A stretch of DNA of 64,000 bases from Myxococcota bacterium (GCA_029268645.1 JAQWNI010000248.1:4346-68345), one strand, 5' to 3'. Positions 20,166 through 30,073 are shown, counted from the first letter of the stretch. A program made the numbers and translations. The notes: a model not told the origin generated them from the letters alone.

Positions 20166-20576
20166 CTATTCGGCGGTGGCGGCCTTGTCCTCTCCGCTGA
20201 GGGTTTTGTCCAGTGCGTTCAGTCGACGGCTGATTCGGTTCAGCTTCTTATCGAGCTTTTTTAGGTCGCTGCTTGAGGCAATCTGAAAAGTCCCCAGAAC
20301 CGAAGCCAAGCCGGTTTCTACCTGGCCTCCAAATTCCTTGCGCCGCTTTTCAAATCCCTTTGAAACATCGCTCCAGCGCGACTCCACTTGTTGGACGGCT
20401 TCGTTCTTGCGGAGATCCTTACGGAAGCGCTTGACGCGCTTTTCGGTCTCCTTGTTGAACTGAGTGGTTCGCTTCTCAAACTGCGTTTGGAGTCGCTGAA
20501 CCTCTTCTTCTGCAGATCGAAAGGCCGCCTGGATCCGGTCAATTCCATCATCGATCACGTTGGCTCGGGTGCTCAT
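20166..20576 (-). CDS. Coiled-coil phasin-like (PHA granule-associated) protein
   Basis: Charged amphipathic helices ending LGTFQIASSSDLKKLDKKLNRI, resembling the PhaI/PhaF tail; AAGGAG RBS. Confidence 0.55.
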   Translation of the reverse strand: MSTRANVIDDGIDRIQAAFRSAEEEVQRLQTQFEKRTTQFNKETEKRVKRFRKDLRKNEAVQQVESRWSDVSKGFEKRRKEFGGQVETGLASVLGTFQIASSSDLKKLDKKLNRISRRLNALDKTLSGEDKAATAE

Positions 20577-20696
20577 GCTCTTTTCTCCTTCAGGCCGACC
20601 ATCGGGTTCGTTCCGGCGGCCAAGCGCTCGGTCCGCGAGTGGATCTCGCGGCGGGGCGACGCCAATGACGCAATGCGGCAGACTGGCGCCCCGAGA

Positions 20697-20725
20697 AGAG
20701 TAGACACGATGCGTCATCAGGTCAA
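20697..20725 (-). promoter_or_regulatory. Sigma70-type promoter for the phasin-like gene
   Basis: Minus strand TTGACC-N17-TACTCT next to an AT-rich upstream tract. Confidence 0.55.
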
Positions 20726-20812
20726 GTGTGAAGAGTTTTTAAAATATCTAATGAAAACAGACACTTGTGAAAATTGAGCTAAAAAATGACGCGCCGCGCT
20801 AGCAGGGTGGCT

Positions 20813-21826
20813 CTACCAGCGCACCACCGCGCTGCCCCAGGTGAAACCGGAGCCGAAGGCCGTCATGGAGACGACTTTACCGGGGCTGAGGAGGCCACTG
20901 CGTTCGGCCTCGGCCAGAAGCATTGGAATCGAAGCTGCTGAGCAGTTCCCGTAGCGCTGGATGTTATTGAAGACGCGCTCCTCGGGGATTTCGAGTTTCT
21001 GAGCGACGAATTCATTAATGCGAAGGTTGGCCTGGTGGAACAAGAAGAGGTCCACGTCGTCGATCTTGACGCTGGCCGCGGACAACGATTCGAGCAAAAC
21101 CTCCGGCATCCGGGTCACTGCATTCTTGAAGACGTAGCGGCCTTCCATTTGCGGGAAGTGCCTGCCCTCATCAATCATTTCCTTGGTGATGCGTTGGGGC
21201 CAATCTGCCGAAGACGGGGCATCGATCCAAAGTCTTTTTGCGTGCTTACCCTGGGCATGCAGGCGAACCTGGAGAAGGCCGGCCGGATCATTTTCAGCAT
21301 CGACCGCTTCCAGAATGACAGCCCCAGCCCCATCTCCGAAGATCACGGTGACGTCTCGGCCTTCCGTAGAGACATTCAGTCCGGTCGAGTGAACTTCGCA
21401 TCCGACGACCAATACTCTCTGGCTTTTCCCTGATTGAATCAAGCTGTCGGCAAAATTTAATGCGTAAAGGAAACCGCTGCATTGTGCTCGAAGATCGATG
21501 CAGGGGGTTTCGCCCGCGCCCAGTTGCTCGTGCAGGAAGAAGGATGTGCCGGGGAATTCGTGTTGGGGCGAAAGGGTGGCCAGTAGGATGAAGTCGATGT
21601 CTCCGGCATCGAGTCGGGCGGCCTGAAGCGCTTGTTCGCAGGCGGCTTGAGCCAAATCGGCTGGGGTTTCTCCATCGACGATCCAGCGCCGTTCTTTGAT
21701 GCCGGTTCGTTGCTGGATCCATTCGTCGGTCGTGTCCATTCGCTGGGCCAGATCGTCATTGGTGATGATCTGGTCCGGCACACACATTCCGGTTCCAATG
21801 ATCTTTGAGCGCAGGTTGCGATTCAT
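20813..21826 (-). CDS. fabH: 3-oxoacyl-ACP synthase III
   Basis: Catalytic triad motifs AQCSGF, HQANLRIN, GNCSAAS; GSGFTWG. Confidence 0.92.
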   Translation of the reverse strand: MNRNLRSKIIGTGMCVPDQIITNDDLAQRMDTTDEWIQQRTGIKERRWIVDGETPADLAQAACEQALQAARLDAGDIDFILLATLSPQHEFPGTSFFLHEQLGAGETPCIDLRAQCSGFLYALNFADSLIQSGKSQRVLVVGCEVHSTGLNVSTEGRDVTVIFGDGAGAVILEAVDAENDPAGLLQVRLHAQGKHAKRLWIDAPSSADWPQRITKEMIDEGRHFPQMEGRYVFKNAVTRMPEVLLESLSAASVKIDDVDLFLFHQANLRINEFVAQKLEIPEERVFNNIQRYGNCSAASIPMLLAEAERSGLLSPGKVVSMTAFGSGFTWGSAVVRW

Positions 21827-21895
21827 CCTTTGGGTCCCCCCGATTCGGGCCGTTCTGACCGGCACCTCTTTCAAGATTGATGCATCCAGCCTTGA

Positions 21896-23575
21896 TCAGG
21901 CCCGTTCCTCACTCCAGTCGGCGACCGTTTGTTGATGCCCCTCAGACGACTGCTCTTCCCAAACCAAGCGTTCAGCCCGGATCAGTAGTTCGTTGATCCC
22001 GCGTCGCTCGAGGGCTGAGACGGCTACGCAGCCATGACGTCGCTCTAAGACCGCAGCGGCGCCCTCGGGCAATCTGTCGATTTGGTTGAAGACGAGGAGC
22101 TCGGGTTTCTTAGATAATCCGAGATCCGCGAGCACTTTTTGAACCGCTTCGATTCTTCGCTCGAAATCAGGGGAGGCTGCGTCCACTACGTGAATCAAGA
22201 GGCTCGCGTCGCGCAGTTCTTCGAGGGTGGCATGGAAGGCTGCGACGAGGTCCTCGGGAAGGTCTCGAATGAAGCCCACGGTGTCGGTGATGATTACTTC
22301 TCGTTCTCTGGGAAACCGGAGCCGCCTCGAGACGGGGTCAAGTGTCGCGAACATCGTGTCTTCGACGAAAACCTCTGTCTGGGTGAGGGTGCGAAGGAGC
22401 GTACTCTTCCCAGCATTCGTGTAGCCCACGATCGATAAAACCGGGACGTGCCGTCGTTCTCGACGCTTCCGGCGCCCCGCCCGTTGTTTCGAGAGCCGGG
22501 CCAGGTCTCGCTCAAGTCGAGTGATTCGCTCGCGCACCCGCCGCCGATCCATCTCGAGTTTCGTTTCCCCGGGCCCCCGGCCACCGATTCCGCCCGCGAG
22601 GCGCGAAAGGGAAAGTTCGGCTCGTTGGGCGAGCCGGGGCAGCCGGTACTTGAGCTGTGCGAGTTCGACCTGGAGCTTTCCGTCTCCGGTCGTGGCTCTC
22701 TGGGCGAAAATGTCGAGGATCAGCTGGGTGCGGTCGATGACCCGTAATTCCATGCGCTCGGCCAGATTTCGCGCTTGTGTGGGCGTTAGGTCCTGGTCGA
22801 AGATCACCAGCTCGATCCCCGATTGGAAGCACTGAATGACGAGATCCGACAACTTCCCCGTTCCCACGACGGTCTTCGGGTCGACCCGAGGGCGAGTCTG
22901 GGTGATCACGTCCACAACGTCCACGCCGGCCGCCCGGGCGAGTTCCTTTAACTCCGCCACGTGGAGGTCGAGAGCGGCTCGGTCGCGACCTCCGGTGACC
23001 GCGACCAAGAGGGCCCGTTCGCCGTCTTCGACGGCGTGGCCTTCCGTGCTGCGCGACAGCTCGCTTTCGAGTTGCCGGATGTATTCGTCAAAGTGGAGAT
23101 CAAGGTCGGCTGGAAGGGTGGGCTTGAGTTGCTCGGTCGTTCGTCCTTCGGAGTTAGCTGGCGCGAGGAAGGCGGTGTGGGCCAGCCCCGGCAAGGCGTC
23201 CTCACGAACCGCGATGCTCACCATGGCGTCAAGGCGGAGGACGGCAAGATCTGTGAGGTCGTCGCGCGAGAGCCCCTCCTCGCGGAGGTGAGTCTTCAGG
23301 CACCTCAGCCCGCGCAGTCGGCCGCGGCCTGCCCGCAGTCGCCCCCAATCCGGAAGCTCTGTGCTGCCGCTGTCTCCAACCATGACGTGTTGCACTTCCC
23401 CACGTCGGTCGACCAGAACGCCGACTTGCCGGCGAACGTCATGGCTGATTTCGGTGAGATGGCGCGCAAACTCGTGGGTGACTACCCGGTCTCCGCTCAG
23501 CGGCCGCTGAAAGAGCCGCTCCAGCTGCTTGACTTGGCTGGCCTTGAGGCCGCGGGTGTTGCCGTAAATCTGGAT
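21896..23575 (-). CDS. hflX: GTPase HflX, long N-terminal form
   Basis: GYTNAGKST, FATLDP, DTVGF, GPGETKLE; start codon uncertain (ATC 23575 or TTG 23599). Confidence 0.93.
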   Translation of the reverse strand: MQIYGNTRGLKASQVKQLERLFQRPLSGDRVVTHEFARHLTEISHDVRRQVGVLVDRRGEVQHVMVGDSGSTELPDWGRLRAGRGRLRGLRCLKTHLREEGLSRDDLTDLAVLRLDAMVSIAVREDALPGLAHTAFLAPANSEGRTTEQLKPTLPADLDLHFDEYIRQLESELSRSTEGHAVEDGERALLVAVTGGRDRAALDLHVAELKELARAAGVDVVDVITQTRPRVDPKTVVGTGKLSDLVIQCFQSGIELVIFDQDLTPTQARNLAERMELRVIDRTQLILDIFAQRATTGDGKLQVELAQLKYRLPRLAQRAELSLSRLAGGIGGRGPGETKLEMDRRRVRERITRLERDLARLSKQRAGRRKRRERRHVPVLSIVGYTNAGKSTLLRTLTQTEVFVEDTMFATLDPVSRRLRFPREREVIITDTVGFIRDLPEDLVAAFHATLEELRDASLLIHVVDAASPDFERRIEAVQKVLADLGLSKKPELLVFNQIDRLPEGAAAVLERRHGCVAVSALERRGINELLIRAERLVWEEQSSEGHQQTVADWSEERA

Positions 23576-23996
23576 GAGAGGATGCTCCAGCGGCCTCAAT
23601 TCGACCGCGCTGGGGGAGAGAGCGGCGGGCTGATTTGCTCGGGAGCCGACGCCGGGCGGAAGGTAGGAGCGGCCCGAAGGCAGGGCAACATCCCAGCTCT
23701 TGAGTCGTTGCAAAAATACCCCGCTCACGAGGCCAGCTGCGCTGAGTACCCTTTCGGGCAATGCCGTTCGTCGCGGGAACCAAAAATATCCCACGGGGGT
23801 CCTAGGGAGGACCGGAGAAGGACTCGGCCTTGCGGGATCGGCCTGTCCGGTCGGAGGATTAGCCCGATAATGTGTCCGGGGACCCGCTCAAGGCGCTTTA
23901 CTTGAGAGTCGAATCTTCCGATGCAACCGGGGTGGGCAAAGCCCCGATCCCGCGCGGGAAAAGGGCCAAACTGTAAGGCAGGAGGCAAGGCGGAGC

Positions 23997-25475
23997 GTGG
24001 AGAGTCAGGATCCGAATACGAATCGTGAAGTGGCCGTCGTGGTTCTGGCCGCGGGCAAGGGCACACGAATGAAGTCGGCCCGAGCGAAGGTCCTCCACGA
24101 AATCTGCGGCCTGCCGATGTTGGGCCATACCCAACGGGTCGCCGAAGGACTTCAAGCCCAGCGCCTGTTGGTCGTGATTGGCCGAGACGCCGATGAGGTG
24201 CGGCGTGCTTTTGGCGAGAGTGCCGAATTCGTCCATCAGGCTGAACAAAATGGAACGGGCCATGCGGTCATGATGACCGAAGCGGCTCTAAACGATTTTG
24301 CCGGCGATATTTTTATTCTCTATGGGGACACCCCCCTCCTGACTGTTGAAACCCTGGAGCGCATGCGGGCGGTGAAGGCTGATCGCTCGGCGGATCTCGT
24401 CATGCTGACGGCCCGGGGTGAAATTCCCGGTCGTGTGGTTCGTGATGCGGACGGCTGTGTCGAGCGCATCGTCGAGGCTCAGGATGCGACCTCTGAAGAA
24501 CTGAAGATCGAAGAGCGAAACACGGGTGTCTATCTCGTGGGGGCGGACTTGCTCTGGGCTGCTCTTTCTCAGGTCGGAACAGATAACCAGCAGGGCGAAC
24601 TTTACTTAACCGACATCGTTGGATACGCGGTTCAGAAGGGACACAGAGTAGAGGCGCTGTGGCTCGAAGACGCCTCGGAGTGCCTTGGTATCAATGATCG
24701 AACCGAGTTGGCTGAGGCAACTCGACTCATGCAGGCTCGCATTAACGCCCAGGTGATGGCTTCTGGAGTCACGTTGATTGATCCCGCCAGCACCTATATT
24801 GATGCGACCGCCGAAATCGGGGCTGATACGGTCATTGAGCCCGGTTGTTGCATTAAGGGAAAAACCGTGATCGGCCCCAACGTGCTGATTCGAGCCGGTT
24901 GTTACGTCGAAGATTCCCGGCTTGATGAAGGCGTTCAGTTTGGTCCCTATTCCCATCTGCGGCCAGGGTCTCATCTGATGGCCGGCGTGAAGGTGGGAAA
25001 TTTTGTCGAGATCAAAAATTCGACGCTTGGACCTGGGAGCAAGTCCGCTCATCTTACTTATATCGGAGATGCTGATGTCGGCGCCGAGGTGAATTTTGGA
25101 TGCGGCTCGGTGGTGGTGAACTATGACGGCTATCAAAAGCACCGCAGTGTGATCGGCAAGGGTGCGTTCGTCGGATGCAACGTCAATCTAATTTCGCCCG
25201 TTCACGTTTCAGACAAGGCTTTTCTCGCGGCGGGCTCCACCATCACCCAGGACGTTCCAGAAGACGCGTTGGGCGTAGCGCGGGCCCGTCAGCGAAATTT
25301 GGATGGATGGGTCGCGCGGAAAGAGGGCCGAACCGCCGCGAGGGGCGAGGCTGCGACACCGAACGCTCCCGCTGGGCCACCCACGGAGAGGCGGCACCAA
25401 AACGATCGAGGCGGCTCCGAGTCCGGCGCCGAATCAACACTGATCCCCGAGGGAAACCCCGAGGTCAAAGAATAG
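23997..25475 (+). CDS. glmU: Bifunctional UDP-GlcNAc pyrophosphorylase/GlcN-1-P acetyltransferase
   Basis: LAAGKGTRMKS, EQNGTGHAV, ELYLTD, GNFVEIKNS, NYDG. Confidence 0.97.
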   Translation: MESQDPNTNREVAVVVLAAGKGTRMKSARAKVLHEICGLPMLGHTQRVAEGLQAQRLLVVIGRDADEVRRAFGESAEFVHQAEQNGTGHAVMMTEAALNDFAGDIFILYGDTPLLTVETLERMRAVKADRSADLVMLTARGEIPGRVVRDADGCVERIVEAQDATSEELKIEERNTGVYLVGADLLWAALSQVGTDNQQGELYLTDIVGYAVQKGHRVEALWLEDASECLGINDRTELAEATRLMQARINAQVMASGVTLIDPASTYIDATAEIGADTVIEPGCCIKGKTVIGPNVLIRAGCYVEDSRLDEGVQFGPYSHLRPGSHLMAGVKVGNFVEIKNSTLGPGSKSAHLTYIGDADVGAEVNFGCGSVVVNYDGYQKHRSVIGKGAFVGCNVNLISPVHVSDKAFLAAGSTITQDVPEDALGVARARQRNLDGWVARKEGRTAARGEAATPNAPAGPPTERRHQNDRGGSESGAESTLIPEGNPEVKE

Positions 25476-25522
25476 GTTGAGCACGCGTCGCGGTTTTTCG
25501 CGGCGAAGGGAGAGTCCATCTC

Positions 25523-27358
25523 ATGTGTGGAATCGTCGGATACATCGGTGTCGAGGATCGGGCCGTCGAGGTTTTGGTCGATGGGCTTCGTCGTCTGGAG
25601 TACCGGGGCTATGACTCGGCCGGGGTGGCGATCTTTGATGGTGAGCAAACCCAGATTCGTCGGGCCGAGGGCAAGCTGATCAATCTTGAGGGCGCCTTGC
25701 GCGAGAGGCCTCTGCGGGGCGTCGTGGGCATCGGTCACACGCGCTGGGCCACCCATGGCAAACCCTCTGAGCGCAACGCGCATCCGCATCGCGCGGGGTC
25801 CGTCTCGATCGTTCATAACGGCATCATCGAAAACTACTCAACCATTCGGTCGGAACTCGAGGGCGCGGGTGCCTGCGTGAACTCGGATACGGATACAGAG
25901 CTGATCGCTCATCTGATCGATGAGGAGATCCGTGAGGGCCGCTCGCTTCTGGAGGCCGTTCGAAGGGCCTGTGGCCGCCTGACCGGATCCTATGCGTTTG
26001 GCGCAATGTCGGATACCGAGCCCGGCTGCTTGGTGGCTGCGAAGAACGGGGGGAGCCCCATTATCGTGGGCCAGGGCGAGAAAGAATGCTTTCTCGGAAG
26101 CGACATCCCAGCCATCCTGCCTTACACGCGACAGATGATCTCGCTTTGGGACGGGGACTTTGCGGTTCTCTCGGAAGAGGGAGTCCAAGTGGTTGATGGC
26201 GAGGGAAGGCCCGTCGATCGAGAATTTATGACTATTCAGTGGGATCCGGTATCCGCCGAGCGCGGTGGATACGACCACTTTATGCAAAAGGAAATCTTCG
26301 AGCAGCCGCGAGCCATTACGGATACGATCGGAACTCGGATCGATGAGTCCTCCACTGCGGTTGACCTTGATGGGATCGAAGTGAGCCGCGAATTCGCGGA
26401 GAACTTGCGTTCGATTGAGTTGGTCGCCTGCGGAACCGCTTCGTATGCATGCATGGTCGGCCAGTACATGATCGAGCAACTTGCGGGAATTCCTTGCCAC
26501 GTGGACTTGGCGAGCGAATTCCGTTACCGGAAGCCGATCGTGGATTCGAATTGCATGATTATTCCCGTCTCCCAGTCAGGAGAGACGGCGGATACACTCG
26601 CCGCTCTTCGTGAGGCCAAGGAACAGGGGGCCCGTGTCCTTTCAGTATGCAACGTTCGAGAGTCAACGATCGCGCGTGAGAGCGACGATGTGCTTTATAC
26701 CCATGCGGGTCCCGAAATCGGTGTTGCCTCGACGAAAGCTTTTGTCACCCAAGTCGTCGGTTTGTATCTGATCGCTCTCAAGCTGGGCGTCGCCCGGGGG
26801 CGAATTGAATCGTCCGAAATGCGGGAAAGGCTTCACGACCTGACCCGGCTGCCGCGCTTTGTCGAACGGACGCTTCAACTCGATGACCAGATCCAGAAAA
26901 TCGCTCGTCAGTACTTCAAGGCCCAGGATTTTCTTTTTCTAGGTCGGGGGATCATGTATCCCATCGCCATGGAGGGAGCGCTCAAGCTCAAGGAAATCTC
27001 GTATATCCATGCAGAGGGCTACGCGGCGGGCGAAATGAAGCACGGTCCGATCGCCCTGATCGATGAGAACATGCCTGTGGTCGTCATCGCCAACGACGGG
27101 CCGCTGAAGGACAAGCTGATTTCGAACCTTGAGCAAGTCCGTGCCCGGGATGGCCGAGTGATTGCGGTCGCGACGGTAGGCGATGCGGAAATCGCCCAGA
27201 AGGCGAACGAAGTCATCTTTATTGACGATCTCGGAGAATTTCTAACCTCGGTCCTCGCCACCGTGCCGCTTCAGCTTTTGGCCTACCACGTGGCGACCCT
27301 GCGTGGAACGGACGTCGATCAGCCCAGAAATCTGGCCAAGAGTGTGACTGTGGAATAG
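25523..27358 (+). CDS. glmS: Glutamine--fructose-6-phosphate transaminase
   Basis: MCGIVG, GHTRWATHG, SQSGETAD, PRNLAKSVTVE. Confidence 0.98.
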   Translation: MCGIVGYIGVEDRAVEVLVDGLRRLEYRGYDSAGVAIFDGEQTQIRRAEGKLINLEGALRERPLRGVVGIGHTRWATHGKPSERNAHPHRAGSVSIVHNGIIENYSTIRSELEGAGACVNSDTDTELIAHLIDEEIREGRSLLEAVRRACGRLTGSYAFGAMSDTEPGCLVAAKNGGSPIIVGQGEKECFLGSDIPAILPYTRQMISLWDGDFAVLSEEGVQVVDGEGRPVDREFMTIQWDPVSAERGGYDHFMQKEIFEQPRAITDTIGTRIDESSTAVDLDGIEVSREFAENLRSIELVACGTASYACMVGQYMIEQLAGIPCHVDLASEFRYRKPIVDSNCMIIPVSQSGETADTLAALREAKEQGARVLSVCNVRESTIARESDDVLYTHAGPEIGVASTKAFVTQVVGLYLIALKLGVARGRIESSEMRERLHDLTRLPRFVERTLQLDDQIQKIARQYFKAQDFLFLGRGIMYPIAMEGALKLKEISYIHAEGYAAGEMKHGPIALIDENMPVVVIANDGPLKDKLISNLEQVRARDGRVIAVATVGDAEIAQKANEVIFIDDLGEFLTSVLATVPLQLLAYHVATLRGTDVDQPRNLAKSVTVE

Positions 27359-27479
27359 TGCGGTTCCGGCTTGACGTCAGCGCGTCAGCCCATACTCTGA
27401 CGGTCCCCCCAGGCCTCCTATCCACCCCCTAGCTTTGCTACGCACTGTGCGAGGCGCGAGCTAGGCGGAGGCAGTCAGC

Positions 27480-29678
27480 GTGTTGAGTGAGTCGATCGTA
27501 GAGGGTCTGAATCCCGAACAGCGTCAGGCCGTCGAGAATACGGAAGGCCCGTCGCTCGTTTTAGCGGGCGCCGGAAGCGGCAAGACCCGGGTCTTGACCA
27601 GCCGCATCGCCTATCTGATTGGTGGATGCGGGATTCCTTCCGAGTCGATCCTCGCGGTGACGTTTACCAATAAAGCTGCCGGGGAAATGAAGGAGCGCGT
27701 CGAGAAACTTTTGGGACCCGAAGCCCGGGATCTGGCAATCGGGACGTTCCATTCGATTTGCGTTCGAATTCTGCGGCGAGATATCGGTCACCTCGGCCGA
27801 AGCCGTGGGTTCGTGATCTACGATGATTCGGATAGCCTCGGAGTCATCAAAGAAGTTCTTCGCCGAAACGATCTGGATCCCAAGGCCCACGACCCAAGAA
27901 GGATCCGTTGGCGGATAGATCAATGGAAAAATGCGGGGACTCTTCCTGCGGGTGCGATGGAGTCGGCGTATGACATAGATGATGAACTGTCGGCCAAGAT
28001 CTACGCCGGCTATCAGCGGATGCTTGTTGACGCCAACGCGCTCGACTTTGGCGACATCATTCTGGCCACGGTGCAGCTCTTTCGGCAGCACCCCCGTGTG
28101 CTTGAATTTTACCAGCGTCGATGGCAGTACGTGCTCGTGGATGAGTATCAAGATACAAATGGTGTTCAATATGAGCTCGTTCATTTGCTGGCTGCGGAGC
28201 ACCGGAATCTCTGCGTGGTGGGGGATCCAGATCAGTCGATCTACGCGTGGCGAGGTGCCAACGTTCGGAATATTCTGGAATTCGAGAACGATTACGCTGA
28301 GGCTCAGGTCATCAAGCTCGAGCGCAACTATCGATCGACGCAGCCGATTCTTTCCGCCGCCTCAGCTGTCGTGTCGAACAATGTGGCGCGTCGGGACAAG
28401 CGCCTCGTCACTGAGCGAGAGGGTGGGGAACCGATCCACATCTTTGAGGCTGAGGACGACCGGGAGGAGGCGCAATTCGTTGTTCGCCGGATCTTGCAAG
28501 CCAAGGGTGACGGCGAGTCCTTTGGGGGATGCGCGGTTCTCTACCGAACGAACGCGCAGTCTCGAGCCCTTGAAGAAGAGTTGCTTAAATACGATGTACC
28601 CTACACGGTTGTCGGCGGCGTTCGGTTCTACGACCGGGCCGAAATCAAAGACGCGATGGCCTACCTTCGACTTCTGGTCAATCCGCGCGACGATCAAGCG
28701 CTCAGACGAATCGTCAATCGACCCACCCGGGGCATTGGCAAGACGACGATTGAGCGAGCCTCCGAAAAGGCGGTTCAGGAAGAGCTGACTCTACTTGAGG
28801 CTCTCGAACAGACCGCGGCGTCCGGAGGAGGCCGCACAGGATCGAAAGTTCGGGCGTTTCTCAACATCATCGAGGCGCTCCGAGAAGATGTTGCCCAACT
28901 GCCGCTCGATCAGTTGGTCGGCCGTATTTTGGATCAAAGTGGCTATCTGGATGCCTTGATTAAGGAAGCGACGCCCGAGGCCGAATCTCGACGAGACAAT
29001 TTGCTTGAACTGGTGGCGAGCGCACGGGACTTTGACGCGGCCAATTCAGATCTTCCTGATGAGGATCGAACGGTCTTGGATCTGTTCTTGGACCAAGTGG
29101 CCCTCATTTCCGACCTCGATCAATGGGAAGACCGATCGGATCGGGTCTCCCTGATGACTGTGCATTCGGCTAAAGGCTTGGAATTTCCATTCGTTTTTCT
29201 GGTTGGCTTGGAGGAGCGAATTTTCCCACATGCGAGCTCGTCCGGCGATGAAGAGTCGCTGGAAGAGGAGAGACGCCTTTGTTACGTGGCGATGACTCGA
29301 GCCATGGATCGACTCTTTATCACCCATGCCTCCGCTCGCATGCGCTACGGCGAGCGTTCTTTTCAGTCTCCAAGCCGTTTTCTAGACGAGATTCCGGACG
29401 AGCTGGTCGAACGGCTCGAGTCTCGACGTTCGAAATCGCCCTCGCGATCGCCTCGGGATTCTCGTCGAGAGTCCTCATTTGACTACTCGTATTCTCAGGA
29501 AACGTCAGGAGGGGAAGGCGAGATTCAGCCAGGGACACGAGTTCGCCATCCGGTATTTGGAATTGGGGAAATCGTCGCGGTTCAAGGGGCGGGGCTGAAT
29601 CAAAAATTGAAGATTCGGTTTGAAAGAGCGGGGGTTAAAACCGTCGTTGTACGCTTTGCCAATCTGGAAATGGCTTGA
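27480..29678 (+). CDS. pcrA: ATP-dependent DNA helicase PcrA/UvrD
   Basis: AGAGSGKT, VDEYQD, GDPDQSIY, EEERRLCYVAMTRA, C-terminal Tudor-like RVRHPVFGIG. Confidence 0.95.
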   Translation: MLSESIVEGLNPEQRQAVENTEGPSLVLAGAGSGKTRVLTSRIAYLIGGCGIPSESILAVTFTNKAAGEMKERVEKLLGPEARDLAIGTFHSICVRILRRDIGHLGRSRGFVIYDDSDSLGVIKEVLRRNDLDPKAHDPRRIRWRIDQWKNAGTLPAGAMESAYDIDDELSAKIYAGYQRMLVDANALDFGDIILATVQLFRQHPRVLEFYQRRWQYVLVDEYQDTNGVQYELVHLLAAEHRNLCVVGDPDQSIYAWRGANVRNILEFENDYAEAQVIKLERNYRSTQPILSAASAVVSNNVARRDKRLVTEREGGEPIHIFEAEDDREEAQFVVRRILQAKGDGESFGGCAVLYRTNAQSRALEEELLKYDVPYTVVGGVRFYDRAEIKDAMAYLRLLVNPRDDQALRRIVNRPTRGIGKTTIERASEKAVQEELTLLEALEQTAASGGGRTGSKVRAFLNIIEALREDVAQLPLDQLVGRILDQSGYLDALIKEATPEAESRRDNLLELVASARDFDAANSDLPDEDRTVLDLFLDQVALISDLDQWEDRSDRVSLMTVHSAKGLEFPFVFLVGLEERIFPHASSSGDEESLEEERRLCYVAMTRAMDRLFITHASARMRYGERSFQSPSRFLDEIPDELVERLESRRSKSPSRSPRDSRRESSFDYSYSQETSGGEGEIQPGTRVRHPVFGIGEIVAVQGAGLNQKLKIRFERAGVKTVVVRFANLEMA

Positions 29679-29819
29679 GGCTGAGCGTTTAAAATACTGA
29701 CGCCCATTTAAGTATTTAGGCCGGACGCTTTTTACGCATACAGTTCCAGCTTTATGCGTAGGAAGCTTGAAAGCGACTTCTCCTGAGAGTGAGGGCTATA
29801 AGCCACTTTCTCGAGTGCG

Positions 29820-29847
29820 TTGCCATTTGCACCCTTTTGTGTAGACT
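29820..29847 (+). promoter_or_regulatory. Putative sigma70 promoter with no downstream CDS
   Basis: TTGCCA-N16-TAGACT. Confidence 0.45.
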
Positions 29848-29902
29848 GCATCCGCCAGATTTATCGTGGATGAGTGAAAATTTTGCATCAACGCAGAGTT
29901 TA

Positions 29903-30041
29903 TTCCGTGAAGTTGGGTTGCGAGAGGGCTCGCTCGGCCAGAAAGCTCCACAAGAGGAAGCCGACCGCATCCGGCCTTCCAGAGGTGGAGCCTCGAACCG
30001 GCCGCCTGAGCTCACTGCGAGGAGCGGTCTGATTCACGGAA
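29903..30041 (+). ncRNA. Candidate rod-shaped structured ncRNA (6S-like)
   Basis: Nested helices TTCCGTGAA/TTCACGGAA, GGGCTC/GAGCTC, GGCC/GGCC, GCTCCAC/GTGGAGC, GGAAG/CTTCC; G-U pairs favour the + strand. Confidence 0.5.
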
Positions 30042-30042
30042 A

Positions 30043-30073
30043 GCAGGAGGGGCGGCCCTGCTGCCCCTCCTGC
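30043..30073. terminator. Strong hairpin between convergent units
   Basis: GCAGGAGGGGCGGC-CCT-GCTGCCCCTCCTGC, 13 nt past the stop of the minus-strand gene; U-tracts weak. Confidence 0.65.

Noticed and set aside
22961-23905. 314-aa + strand ORF opposite hflX, and many similar overlapping ORFs
   Set aside because: Typical high-GC antisense shadows without recognisable domains
25476-25522. glmS ribozyme upstream of glmS
   Set aside because: Only 47 nt separate glmU and glmS, too short, and no conserved core is visible
27371-27398. TTGACG-N16-TACTCT promoter with a TGACG/CGTCA palindrome before pcrA
   Set aside because: Plausible, but too weak to call and its spacing differs from the phasin motif
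29903-30041. SRP RNA (ffs) identity for the rod-shaped element
   Set aside because: Lacks the conserved CAGG...GGAA...AGCA helix-8 motif
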